A stretch of DNA of 64,000 nucleotides from Diplonema japonicum (taxonomy: Eukaryota; Protista; Euglenozoa: Diplonemea): assembly GCA_964019335.1 (NCBI GenBank), contig OZ025726.1, positions 393,703-457,702 on the forward strand, read 5' to 3'. Under the pieces are notes generated by a model. It worked only from the letters and a program-made list of their open reading frames with translations, was not told where the DNA came from and did not search any database. The position numbers and the translations under genes are program-made. Below are positions 44,275 through 56,144 of the stretch, piece by piece; position 1 is the stretch's first letter; each line of letters begins with the position of its first letter.

Positions 44275-45350
44275 GGTCGCCTATAATAGAAAGTGAGGTT
44301 AAGAATGAATGAAGAACTTGTTACTGACGGTGGTTCAAACAGCCGGCATGATAGCCTACACTCGAAAAGGTCGTTAGGAACAACAGAAGCCATGCATGTG
44401 GGGCTGTAACACGTGGAAGACAAGAAGGGATAAAAGGTAAAAAAAAGAGGGAAAAAAAGAGAAAATGGGGCGTGGAAGGGTGGGGAAAATAAAAGGGGGC
44501 GTGAAAAAAGAAGAAATAAGGAATATGAATAAAAAAGGAAAGAAGGCAGATAAAAAAAAAGAAAAACGCGAATCAACATAATGTTTTTTTTTTCCAAAAC
44601 GGCAGGAGCATGGGGGAGGGAACATTGAACATGAATGATGCACAAAGAAATCGGGGGGGGGGGGGGGGGGTGAAAACCACTTGAGATATGGGTACGATGA
44701 CGCCAATTGTTTCGTCGTTCTTCTTTCCGGTTTTTTAATATATTTTTTCTTCTCTTGCTCAGGTTTTTTCTTTATCGTTTTCCATGCGCATCATCATGTT
44801 CCATGAGTTTTGTGTATTTTTTTTTTCATTTTGCAGTTTTCGTTATCGTTTAGATGCTACCATTTCACATAAGGACGCTGGCTTAAGATGATCACGAAGA
44901 CTTGTCTGTTGGTGCCAGTCCCCACACTCGGAGAACTCACATGATGGTAACAGGCAAAAGCTACAGTTGGTGGAATCCTGGCAATGCCCTTGGTCGAACA
45001 GTTCCATTGACATTCAACCGCTGTGCCTTTACAAAGGAGCTTGATGTTGCGGTACCCAGCAGCAAGTAACACTAAAGTTTCGAAGGTCCACAACGTGCTG
45101 CGCTAGGCACCAAACCCCAAACAAGGGTGGAAACGAAGGGTACACTCATACCGCGAGGAAGGGGGGAAAGAGGGAAAAAGGGGTATAACAAAGAGGGGAA
45201 GGGAGAAAAGAAAAGAAATAGAGAGGAATGAATGAGAGGAAAATGATGTTTTTTTTTTTTTTTTTTTTTTTCTTTATTTTTGCTCGTTCTTTTGTTTATG
45301 GGTGGTATTTTTTATTTTTTTTATTTTTTGTTCAAATAAAATTTTCTATC

Positions 45351-46406
45351 CTATGCACGCCTCCTGCGGAGGTCGGTAACTTTGGACTCTTCGACTGCCT
45401 TCTCTGGTACGGGGAGGGGGGCAGACTTCTTGGACAGGGACCAGTACATCTTCGCCATGTTCATCTGTGCTGGGTACGTGAACAGGGCCAAGCAAGGCAT
45501 GCAAACCTTGCCGTAGCCGAAGCCGTAGAGGTCGTTGTAGGCGTAGAGCAGAACAACGTATCCCACCATGAGGATGTTGTAGCTAATAAGGACGAAGAAG
45601 GTGACGGAGAGCATAATTCTCTGAAGCAGCTTTCCGCGGGGGAGGAGACGGTAACACATCGACCCCACGCAGCAGAAGCCCTCGATAAGAGAACCCAAGA
45701 TGGGGAGAAGAGTGTTGGTCCTCGCTGGTTCCAGAACATTGGCCCACTCAGAGAAGGAGGAGAAGCCCATGCAGGCGATAGCGTGGTGGATGACGTTCAC
45801 AGGCTTGAGGTCTCTGAATATGACCTCCCACAGGTACAAGGCATTGATTGCATACACCACGTAGTGAGTCTTCATGTACACATTGTCGTCCAGCTCAAGA
45901 GGATGCTTTGTGACAACAGTGAAGAATTCCCCGGTCAGAGCCCAGTATACGAACGCACTCAGCTTTACAATAACTCGGATCAAGTTTGCGGCCTGCGCAG
46001 GTCTGTGCTCAGGGACAAGGGAGAAGAAGACGTATTTTTGCATCAAGTAGTAGGCAACCGTGAACACAGCGTGTGCGCTCAGGATAACTTTCATACGGTT
46101 CGCCACCATCCAGTTCTCTTCGAACCTCGGGTTGGTGGTGGTGATGTTGGTGGCGTAGATAAGGGTGCAGACGATGTTGACAGCGACCAAGTGCATCACC
46201 TCCTTCTTCGAGACGGGCACGTTCATAGGGAACCTCTTTCTGACAACGGGGAAGTAGACCTTAGCAGCAACTATGGCAAGAGTTATGTAGTTGATAAGAG
46301 CCATATAGATACTGACCCTGTATCTCATCACGAAGCAGGAGAAGTCATTGCAAGGCTCGAGGACAGAGTCCATCAGACCAGGCTCCAGGATAGGCCCAGA
46401 AGGCAT
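45351..46406 (-). CDS. Multi-pass membrane protein, possibly TLC-domain-like
   Basis: 351-aa ORF with about 8-9 hydrophobic helices and a VIHH motif. Confidence 0.7.
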   Translation of the reverse strand: MPSGPILEPGLMDSVLEPCNDFSCFVMRYRVSIYMALINYITLAIVAAKVYFPVVRKRFPMNVPVSKKEVMHLVAVNIVCTLIYATNITTTNPRFEENWMVANRMKVILSAHAVFTVAYYLMQKYVFFSLVPEHRPAQAANLIRVIVKLSAFVYWALTGEFFTVVTKHPLELDDNVYMKTHYVVYAINALYLWEVIFRDLKPVNVIHHAIACMGFSSFSEWANVLEPARTNTLLPILGSLIEGFCCVGSMCYRLLPRGKLLQRIMLSVTFFVLISYNILMVGYVVLLYAYNDLYGFGYGKVCMPCLALFTYPAQMNMAKMYWSLSKKSAPLPVPEKAVEESKVTDLRRRRA

Positions 46407-46500
46407 TTTAATATGTATGTGTGTGATGATACTGTGCTTGGCGTTGTGTGCTTGAATGGTGTAAAATATTTAATAGATACCACTCTGATTCTGTCCGAGA

Positions 46501-46600
46501 CAGCGTTGGGCCAGACCGGTAGGGGTCCGAGGGGTCTGGACCGGACCGGTCTGGAACCCGGTAGAAAAAACGACCGGTCTGAGGGGTCTGACCAGTGTTG
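46501..46600. repeat. Short MITE-like fragment (CAGYGTTGG end with GGTCT/GACC subterminal repeats)
   Basis: cagcgttgggccagacc... resembles cagtgttggtccagacc at 48549; contains internal ggtctgga/gaccgg repeats. Confidence 0.45.
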
Positions 46601-46872
46601 GGTATGACCCCTCCCCTCCCCTTGGCCGAAAAATGCAGAAGAAAAGAAGAAAAAATAGAGAAGTGGGCAAGAAGAAAAGTAATTCAAAACGGATGGGGTA
46701 GGAAAGAAAAGTAGATCAGTGCACACCTGCTGACCTGTTCTGTCTCAAGCCATACTATGTTGGGGAAGTGTAGGGAAAGCCAGTAAGAGGTAGGGAGGGA
46801 AGGAGAAAAAAAAGATGTCTTTGAAGGGAACCTGCAGTATGTGACAGGATCGCCTAACGACAATCAACTCAT

Positions 46873-48220
46873 CTAGTGTTTGATCCCTTCTAGTGCCTTA
46901 GGCCCGTCGTAGTATCTCATCAGCAGCTTGGGCGTGAAACCAACTAGCGAGTTGTTGAGGATGCAATGCGTTCGCATTTGCTCCTCTAGGATCGAGTGGG
47001 TGACCTTCAGGGACGCGAAGATCGGACGAGTGGAGTAACCAGTGATGGCATGGCTGTGGAGCCCTAGGGTGCATAGTGAGTGTACTGACTTCATAGTTTC
47101 TGCCGGAATCAGATGATTCCCCGTCCCTTTTAGATGGATCCTTTCTAAGACGCTGAGAATCCTGCCGAGCTTTCTCGCCCAGCGCACTATGTCTTCCCCA
47201 CCCATGTAGAGCCTTTCCGTTGCAATGAGGTCGACTGCTAGTTCCGCCTTCGAAACTTGCCCACCTTCCTCGCCCCATTTTAGGGCATTCAGCCAGTTGA
47301 GGACAAATGGGATTAGGCCTGGGAAGTATTTCTTCTGCAGCCCATGTTTGTGGTACCAGGGGAGAGGCTTCGGGGTTAAGAGGTTCCCCGGTCGGAATGG
47401 TCTATCCCAGAAATGCTGTTTCGATTCTCCTCGCTTTCTGTGGGTTGGTGATTGCCACCTCGTTGTGTAGGATGTTCGTCTTCATCTCGTCCACTCCTGT
47501 CTCGATTCCTTTGAAAGTGTCCCACTCTTCGGCGAGCTCACCCTGCAGTTTTTTTTTCAACCACACTCTGACCTCGTGTTTCAGGTGTGGCATGCCCCAT
47601 GGCAACTCTTTAATAAAGTCCTTCCATCTCGTCCCGATGTCCTGTAGCCATATTTCCACATTACCAAATGGCCCCTTCAAAAGCGATGGCGTTCCATCTC
47701 GCTCCTTTGTGTACTTGTAAGTTTCCCAGCCCAACACGAATAGGGACTTGTTCAACTGTCGTGTGCACAGGCGACCTAGGGTCGAAATGGCTTTATAGAC
47801 CACCGAGAGTAAGGGTCTAGGGTGTGTCCTTTGTAGGCAATCCCTAGCAGCACACTGGTGGAATGCATTGGGTTGCATGCACCCCAGATGCATGACATGA
47901 TCTGCTTCTTCAATTTCACCAGCCAAGAGTCTGGGATTGGGTTGAATAGGACACTGTAGAAGGTGGACGGTAGGATGTTCTCTGCAATGATCTGTACCTT
48001 GTGGTTGTGGTAAAGTCTCGTTGCTGTGAGGTGCTCAATTTCTGCAAGTGCCTTGTGGGCTCTCATGTTCTCTCTTCTACAAGGCTGGAAGTAGAACAGT
48101 ACCCCCAGGATCTGCAGTTTGCAGGATGTGTTGAAGGTCTCCCCATGTAGCAGTACATTGCCACAGCGGTTTCATTCCAAACGACTTAGTTTTCTTTGGG
48201 TGGATAGCCATCCCTGTGAG
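46873..48220 (-). pseudogene. Degenerate L1/Tx1-like LINE ORF2 C-terminal relic, truncated by the hAT-like insertion at 48221
   Basis: Frameshifted fragments TGMAIHPKKT (RT domain 6/7-like) and KVQIIAENILPSTFYSVLFNPIPDSWLVKLKKQIMSCIWG (thumb region typical of L1/Tx1). Confidence 0.55.
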
Positions 48221-50139
48221 CAGTGATGGGTGAATCCTAATTAGGACTAGACTGGACTGGACCAGACCAGACTGGATCTGGCATGAATTTCGACCCAATT
48301 ATGCTGGACTGACTGGACTGACTGGACTGGACTGGACTGGACTGGACTGAACCAGACAAGATACAACCACAACACCACATCCCCCCTTTTTTTTTTGCTG
48401 CAGAGTTCAAACATATAAACAGATGTCTACAAGAAAAGATGTTACACAGGTACTGAGAGACGACAACAATGAGAAACGAAGAAAAAATAAAAAAGAAAAA
48501 AAAAAAAAAAAAAAACCTTTATCTTCTTTTTCAGGTGGTGGGGATAACCAGTGTTGGTCCAGACCCTTGAGGGACTCAGGGGACTCCAAGGGACAGGACA
48601 GGAGTCCCCTGAAATTTTCAGGGGTCTGGAGGGGACTCAGGGGACTCAGGGGACTGGAGGGACTCAAGGGACTCAGGGGACTCAGGGGTCTGGAGGGGAC
48701 TCAGGGGACTCTTGGCAGTGATGGGTGAATCCTAATTAGGACTAGACCAGACTGGACCGGACCAGACTGGATCCGGCGTGAATTTCGACCCAATTATGCT
48801 GGACTGACCGGACTGACCAGACTGGACCAGACCAGACCGGACTGGACCAGACCGGACCAGACTGGACTGGACCAGACTGGACTGGACTGAACCGGACTGT
48901 ACAAGATACAACCACAACACCACATCCCCCCCCTTTTTTTGCTGCAGAGTTCAAACATATAAACAGATGTCTACAAGAAAAGATGTTACACAGGTACTGA
49001 GAGACGACAACAACAACAAAAACAACGAGAAACAAAGAAAAAAAAAATGGGGCTTTGATTGCAACACTAGGTGGTGTTAAGTGTGCAATGAAGCAAGAAC
49101 TACCTACTTGATTACAGGGGGCGCTCCTCAGCCGAGTTGTAGCTTCTTCTGCATTCCGCGTCATGTCCTTAATGCATGCGGTGTGCTCAACCCTAGCCGG
49201 GGCATCCCGGGTAACCAAGATTCTGCACTCGTGCAGTTTGCTGCCTGTTCATCACCCTGAGCATCTGCATTATGTTCTTCCACTCAGGCACTACTGGTGA
49301 TGACTGATGAGGTCAACAGCAAACAACACATCTGATGTACTTCTTATATTTCCATGTTATCCCCACCACCTTAATAAAAAAAAAAAAAAAAAAAGAAAAA
49401 GAAAAGAGACATTTAAGGGTACCTGTGGTATGTGGCAGGATGCCTGAAGAGTCTCAATCTATCTCTTGATCAAACCTTTCTGCTGTGGTGTGGCCTTCAG
49501 CCCCTCGTTCACCCTCCTCGGTACCTTAGGTATAAAACCCTCAACCGAGTTGGTAAAAAAAAAAAAAAAAAAAAACTTTTATCTTCTTTTTATGAAAATA
49601 TAAGAAAAACATCAGATGTGTTATTTGCTGTTGACCTCCTCATCGGTCATCACCGAGCAAACCACACGAGTGCAGAATCTTGGTTACCCAGGGCGCCCCG
49701 GCTAGGGTTGAGCTGATCCCCACACACATTAAGGACACGACACGGAGCACAGAAGAAGCTACAACTCAGCCACAGTGATTAAGGACATGATGCAGAACGC
49801 AGAAGAAGCTACAACTCGGCTGTGGTGCACCCCCTGTAATCAAGTAGACAGTTCTTGTGCAGGGCACTGCCAACACCAGCCTGATGGAGCTGTGCATGTC
49901 TGTGGTACAAAGAAGAACAAGAAGAAAAAAAAAAAAAAAAAGGAAAAAAAAAATCATTGTCCAAAAATATTTGAAAAAAAAGTGTTTGCAGGTGTGTCAA
50001 AAATTGCAGAAAATTTTCGAGTCCAGTCAGCCTGGTCAGTCTGGCCAATCTGGTCATCTGGCCAATCCAGTCAGTCTGGTCAGTCTGGTCAGTCTGGTAA
50101 ATTGGGTACACTGGACCAGACCAGATTCACCCATCACTG
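48221..50139. mobile_element. Non-autonomous hAT-like fold-back element with duplicated left end
   Basis: 15-bp TIR CAGTGATGGGTGAAT at 48221 and 48716, inverted copy ATTCACCCATCACTG at 50125-50139; (GACTG/GACCA)n subterminal arrays at both ends; internal inverted repeat (49100-49370 vs 49590-49880). No clean 8-bp TSD seen. Confidence 0.7.
48549..48715. repeat. CAGTGTTGG-ended MITE fragment with (GGGACTCAG)n 9-mer array
   Basis: Tandem ggggactca units at 48570-48710. Confidence 0.55.
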
Positions 50140-50362
50140 ATTTCTGGCTATTTCCAGAAAAAAAATTTTGGGGTCAAAAATGGCCAAAGTGACCCCAAGT
50201 TTGGGGTCCCCTGGGAAAAAAAAATTTTTTTGGCCAAAAATTTCCAAATCCCTGTTTTGAGGGTGCTAAATGTGTGAGGGTCCCTAGAAAAAAAAATTTT
50301 TTTTGCCCCCCCACCCCCTGGCCCCCCCATGCCCCCCTGGGTTTTTTCCCATAACAACACTG

Positions 50363-51987
50363 TTATCAGGTGGAGGAAGACTAAACAACACTTGTGATTG
50401 GTTCCCAGTCCATATACCATTACCTCTTCTCTTTTTTTCCTGCTAATGATCTTAGTTTATCTTCTTTGTTTGACCTTGATGCAAATGTAGGAGAAGTACT
50501 TATATCTGCAAAGCCTCTTATTGCTTCTGGATTATAGTTGTTAAAGGCAACCCCTTTCATAATAAGAGGGGCTGCAAGAAGAACTGCTATCTCTGGAGTA
50601 ATTACAAAGTCATCACCTGTATTTAATCATCATCTAAGTGATAAATAAGAAGACTGCCAATAGGGGTAGTTCCTTTACTAGGTATTGGTACTAAGATATT
50701 AGGTAGGAAGGATATAGAACTGATTGTCACTCCCCTTCACAAACCCGTTTGAAGGATCACCTCCTGATAATCTTTCTAAGGATTGTTTGGGGAATTCTTT
50801 CTCAATCTGTAGAAGTGCTCCATCACTGTCATTACTCATTAACTTAGCAACACCTCCTTTCTCAATAATCTCAAAGTTTAATTGATGAGACGCTCTTCTT
50901 ATAGTAACTTCTTCTGGTGATCTAAGATCTATTAGAGGAGGTGGTGTTAATGGTGTGATATATCTTGTTGACAATAGTACAGAAGGGGATATCATTTCTA
51001 CATTGGGGGAGGAAAAGTATTGTCAGGTCTCATAAGCAGGTAGAGTGTCTCATATGTGTAGGGGAGTATGAAATTCTGTATTTTGATTTCTTGATAGTCA
51101 TTGCTCACGTATACCTTATGACCAGCAAAGTACATCTCTCCCTTTGATAAGTGTAAGTGAGCATAGTCCTCATTAGGATCATGTTCCAATGATAGCTGTA
51201 AAAAGATTGTTTCTTCATCTTGAATCACAGGAAGGTATTGGTAGTTATTACTTATTCTTATGTAGTATGGATGGTGATACTCCACTTCTCCAGGTGCAAA
51301 TGTTAAAATGAGTGACCCTATCTTTTCAGGATAAAGGTTGACAATCTTCTGCTCGCCTCCAGCACCCGCAACAAGGGTATTCAAAGACGAAGGTATGAAG
51401 GGTGATGTTGCTATTGAAGTAGTAGTGACAGTTGGAACTAAGTCAACATTAGAGGGTAGGATCACTTTGGGAGGTGATTTTCTTACAGGAATAAGGGACA
51501 CTGCACTACTTGTTGTCACCACTGGGTTGGTAGAGGTTGAAGAAGGAGACTGCTTGATGGGTGATGTTGATATTGCTGTTGTTTTTGGAGGATCTGTAGT
51601 GGTTGCAGAAGATCTCACCTTTGTTTGAATTGGGGAGCTTGCAGTAGATAAGAGAGATCTTGGAGGAGGTGAATGGTGATGTTGCTATTGTTTTTGCTTG
51701 TGGCTTGCATGCAGGAGTGTGAACTAGACCAGGTGCATGCATAGGTGCATGTGTTGTGCTGGAGCAGGCGTAGGTGTGGCTGAGAGCGGCGTTGGTGCAG
51801 AGCGGGCTAGTGCTTCTGTCAATGGTTTAAACTCCTTTTCCTTTTCTGTAGCAAACAATGCTTCTTTTTGTGCTCTTTCTCTTCTTTGCTTCCTCAGCTC
51901 CTCTTTTCCTTTTCCAACAGCCTCCAAAGCCTTGATCAATTCCTTCATATTATTTGTATTGGGTAGCATCTTCTTTTTAAAAGACAA
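50363..51987 (-). pseudogene. Disrupted Polinton-type protein (N-terminal coiled coil with FKPLTEAL motif, S/T/P-rich linker)
   Basis: Track ORFs 51724-51987, 50998-51618 and 50699-50995 are collinear pieces separated by stops or frameshifts; the gene is head-to-head with the A32 ATPase. Family assignment rests on recalled motif similarity only. Confidence 0.45.
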
Positions 51988-52699
51988 TGGTTACTATTAT
52001 TAACTATGACAATCAGGTGAAAAAGACAAAACATCGTAACAGCTCTCTTTTGATGCCGCAGTGGCCCTTCAGGATGGTTATGGTTGGTGCGTCAGGAAGC
52101 GGGAAGACAAACCTTGTGATGAATCTGCTGCTTGGGAAGGACATGCTCACTTATGACAAGCTTTATGTAGTCTCTTCACTTGATTAGGACAAGTATGTTG
52201 CACTCATAGAACACTTTGAGAAGTATGATGACAAGCTTGCAGAAGAGATTAGGAAGAGAGAAAGGTATTGAACAAGAACCCGAACTCACACCTACAGCTT
52301 ACTTTCACGACACGATCGATGAATTGGATATAAACACGTTTGACAAGAGCAAGCAGAACCTTGTGGTACTTGATGACATCATGTTAGATAAGAACCAAAG
52401 TGAATATATCAACCTCTTCTCTCGAGGTCGACACTTCAACGTGTCTGTAATCTACCTTTCACAAGCATACTTCCGTGTGCCAAAGACTATTCGTGATAAT
52501 AGTAGTTCTTTTATTCTTTTTTCAATGTCCCCTCGTGAAATAAACGAAATCCATAGTCGTCTCTGCACCGACTCACCGTTCAAAGTCAGAGTTTCAAGAC
52601 ATGTTCTTGAAGCTTGATCGCTATGGGTTCGTCTTCATAGATGATCAGTGTGTTCAGCCTGAGATGAGATATCGGAAGGGGTTTGGTGAGATCTTGTAG
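51987..52699 (+). pseudogene. A32/FtsK-like viral genome-packaging ATPase with premature stop and frameshifts
   Basis: PFRMVMVGASGSGKTNLV (Walker A), LVVLDD (Walker B), LFSRGRHFNVSVIYLSQAYFRVPKTIRDN (A32 signature), and YGFVFID...RYRKGF end; TAG at 52185-52187. Confidence 0.9.
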
Positions 52700-52721
52700 A
52701 GAGAGAGAAAGCAAGAGTTGC

Positions 52722-52790
52722 AAAAATGCGCACTTTTTGCGCACTTTTTCTGTCTCCCATAAAAACCTGAAGTGCGCAAAAAGTGCGCAA
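52722..52790. repeat. Palindromic element (TGCGCACTTTT)x2 ... (AAGTGCGCA)x2
   Basis: tgcgcactttttgcgcacttt is the reverse complement of aagtgcgcaaaaagtgcgca, with a ~20-nt spacer. Confidence 0.8.
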
Positions 52791-52873
52791 AGCAGGTTTC
52801 ACCAACCACATTTATTTTTACTTCTTCCTCACTTCATATTCTTTACAGTTCTCTTAATACACAAAACAGAAGA

Positions 52874-54298
52874 ATGGCTCGAAAAATTCTAGAAACGGTC
52901 ACAAGCTGGTGGAGAAAGCAGTCACCTGAAACCAAGAGCATCGTCAAGTGGGGTGGAAGTGTTGCAGGCAGTCTTTTCACATACGAAGTAAACAAATTTC
53001 TCCACGTCCGTAGCCTTGTGAGTCCGGATATGCTGGCATCCACCCCAGAGCTTAAGCACGTTCGCAAAGACGTTGACACAACTGTACAGAGTTTGAAAGA
53101 CTACCGCAAGAACTTTAAGCGTGAAGAGAGCGAAGCCTTTGTCATACTTGTGGGTCCGAAGGCTGCTGGAAAAACCACTTCGATCAAGCGTGCTTTTGGT
53201 GGTTCGAAAGTGTTGTTTTTGGAGACAACGTTGCAAGATCAAGATGCGACCGCCAACCTCAAAACCGCTATCGAGAACGCATTTCGGCCCTACTTTTCTT
53301 TTCTGTATAACGAAACGGCAAGGTCTATTCTGAGATATGCCGACTGGATGTCCCGCTCCAGGATATTCGGGACTGGGGAACCTCTGGTCATATACTGGTC
53401 GCTGTCCGCTAAAAAGGGTGCTGATGAGATGCACAGTCTCCGAACGATCGCTGAGGTTGCTGCAACTAGTGCACGACAGCTCTCGTTCGACCATCCTGGT
53501 GGGAACATTGCTGTCGTCATTGAGACCTCAAACCCAACGGTATTGATACCTTTTCTTTAACTTTTACTTTTTTTTATCCCACAGCTTGGTGCGTTAATCC
53601 CAACAGTCCACCAGACATGCGAAACCCTGTTCCTTGACCACATGTCCTACACCGACTTTGTGAAGGCCTTCGATGCAGACCCCTTTGCCAAGAATTTCAC
53701 AGCGAGGCTTGGTGGAAAAGACAAGTATAAGGACCACCTGAAGGAGTATTACTCCTGCTTCAGCGGGAACCTCCGTGGGTTGAAGCTAGACTTCCTGAAG
53801 CCTTGTATGTCACACAATGTGAAAACCATAAAAATACATTCACAGTGATGGCCGTAAAGGATGCAAAGGATTTCCAGAAGGAGTTTGCAGGGCGTATGTC
53901 AAAAAACAAACAAATGAATAATGTTAATTATTACAGAGGTTGAGGAAGAGAACAAGAGTCTCAAAAAACGCTTCAGGCATGCTGGGTTGACATCTGGCCA
54001 AGAAGAGCTTTGCTTGGAGATAGCCAAACAGGGACCTGTTGGATTGAAGTACAAGGATACCGACGCTGTGCTAGACATGGTTGATAGCATCAGAGAGAAG
54101 AAAGAAGCACTTGGCCTCCTCAGGGTACAGCAGAGAAACACGATCCGCCTGCACTACATGGCGCATGTGCGCTACCTGTTACGGAGGATGTACGACGAAG
54201 AGAAGAAAGAGTGGAAGGACAAGACACCTGAGGAGACAATGGCAGCTTTGGAAGAGCATGGCTGGCTACCCAAGACAGTCAAGGCAGGGAGTGCATGA
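52874..54298 (+). CDS. Intron-containing P-loop NTPase (AAA/STAND-like); introns 53540-53584, 53805-53845, 53894-53936
   Basis: Walker A VILVGPKAAGKTT; three GT-AG introns of 41-45 nt join the track ORFs into one uninterrupted frame. Confidence 0.8.
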
Positions 54299-54596
54299 TC
54301 CTTGGTGTTTTTTTTTTTTTTTTTTCGTTCTTCCCCCCCTTGAAAACCTTCTGATAGCTCAGCACACACACACCTCTTTATTTTTTATTCTGAAACCTTT
54401 TTTCTCACCCCTTGCAAAAACACTGGTGTGAGCTTGGCACCCCTGGGTTTGACAAGCTTCTTCTTTTCTTCTTCTTCTTCTACTTTTCCTCTTAGAGCTG
54501 CAGCATCTGAAATCTATGCAGCATCCTTTTTATTGAATGTCTTTTTTTATTTTTATTTCACTCTTCAGAAATTACTTCACACACTGGGGGGCCCAT

Positions 54597-54660
54597 TACT
54601 TCACGCTAAATCTCATTACTTCACGGTGAAATAATGGCCTGTTTTCCGTGAAGTAATAGG
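54597..54660. repeat. Short inverted-repeat MITE-like fragment
   Basis: cattacttcacg x2 opposed by ccgtgaagtaat. Confidence 0.5.
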
Positions 54661-55097
54661 GGGTTTCTGGTAAATAATATGCCTTGGTAGGCCAATTTTT
54701 GCCTCGGTTCGGTTCCCAGTGGGGCTACTTTTTCCTCTCAGTTTGCTAATTTCCCCCAGGTTCAGTTCAATTGGCCAACTTTTGCCTCGGCTCAGTTCCA
54801 AGTTGGACTACTTTTTCCTCCCAATTTGCCCACTTTTGGCTAGGCCTTGTTCCCAGTGTCTGTGGGTAACTCTTCTGTGGGTAAGGGTAACTTAGTCAGC
54901 TTACCCAAGCTCCCCAAAAGACTTCAAAATACCGAAGCAGCAGAAAAAAAGGAGCCAGCGGCCGCGCTAGGTATGGGAAGGCCTGATTAGAGATGGTGAC
55001 AGTGGCAATGCCAGCGACAGCGGCAGCCACCTAATAAAGAAAACATACAGGGAATAGGGATACCAAAATATATAAATACACATTAAACCAATGTGCA

Positions 55098-55694
55098 TCA
55101 TTCTCTCACCTTCTCATAAGCAATCTTTGCTGCAAACACAGGTATGCTTGCTAAATTAGTTAACTTATCTACAGGGTTTGTGTTCAATGGGTTCATGACG
55201 TTGACAGCATTGTCCTTCATAAGATAAAGGTCTGCCTTTTGTTTCATTTTCAACAACTCCTTTTTAGATTTAGCAACACGTCCTGCGTGGTGGTAACGTA
55301 GATCATGGTACATTGCTGCTTCATCCATAGTACTCTTTGGCGGTGTTTTTATTGCTTTTGAGTTTACTTTCTCCCCTTCCCATGCTCTTTTAGCGTTCGC
55401 ATCCAGGTTATTTATTCTCTCCTCCAACTTAGTTCCCGGACCTGCAAACGCTGCTTTTTCAACCCCTTTTGAGGTGACGACTGGTAAGTGCAACTCTGTG
55501 TTTGGGAACGTGTCTGTGATAAACTTCTGAAGGTCTCCACCTTTCTTTCTTTTCATTGGTATAAAGGTAAACTACTTTGTTCCACACGACTTGCAGATGC
55601 TCTTTATTGCTCGTCGCTTGTTTTTAGTTTCCACTTCCTCCCTATTTTCTGATAAAGTTCTTGCTCTACATTTAACACAATATGAAGTGCTCAT
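55098..55694 (-). pseudogene. Zn-ribbon (CxxC...CxxC) fused to parvovirus-type phospholipase A2 (adintovirus PLA2X-like), one in-frame TAG at 55572-55574
   Basis: MSTSYCVKCRART...TKNKRRAIKSICKSCGTK*FTFIPMKRKKGG|DL..., FAGPGTKL (Ca loop), DEAAMYHDLRY (catalytic HD), KAD. Confidence 0.85.
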
Positions 55695-56142
55695 CTTTTA
55701 TTACGAATCTCACCAATTAGTTTCTCTTCATTCTCTTTTTGATTTATTGAGAAGACCTTGTGAACAAAATCATAAAACCCATCCACAGGACCCTTTGAAC
55801 AGTAATATGTGTAGTACATGAAGTAGCAGCACCAGTGACCACAGAGTTTACTCATAGGGTGTTGAAGTGGGTATGTGTTGGCAAGGACATTGAGAGGAAT
55901 CACCTCCTCAAGAACCGGGGTAGCAAGGCTGTCAAAGTAGAGGTTCTGGGTTTTGTTCATGTAGAGGCAGACCCAATGTGTTCCTGGTCATTAGAATCGT
56001 CAAAGTTGATAACGTAGAATCCTGTTTGCAAACCATGAGGGAGTTCATCTCGCATGAAGACACCATGTAGGGGGATCTTATAGAAGCTACACCACTCAAC
56101 AATGTCAGAATCATATAACCCGTCTATCTCATGCACCATCAT
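55691..56142 (-). pseudogene. Adenain-like (adenovirus/Polinton) cysteine maturation protease with one frameshift
   Basis: GVFMRDELP, VINFDDSNDQ[G]THWVCLY (His restored by a frameshift near 55980), YFDS, Q...CGHWCCYF; its stop overlaps the next ATG (ATGA). Confidence 0.9.
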
Positions 56143-56144
56143 TT

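Noticed and set aside
45228-46607. 459-aa plus-strand ORF
   Set aside because: Antisense to the 351-aa membrane protein gene and starts in a poly-T tract.
46600-46637. Resemblance to the 5' end of kinetoplastid 5S rRNA (GGGTAYGACC...CTTGGCCGAA..TGCA)
   Set aside because: Interrupted by insertions, and the remainder of 5S (box A/C, 3' stem) is absent; likely chance.
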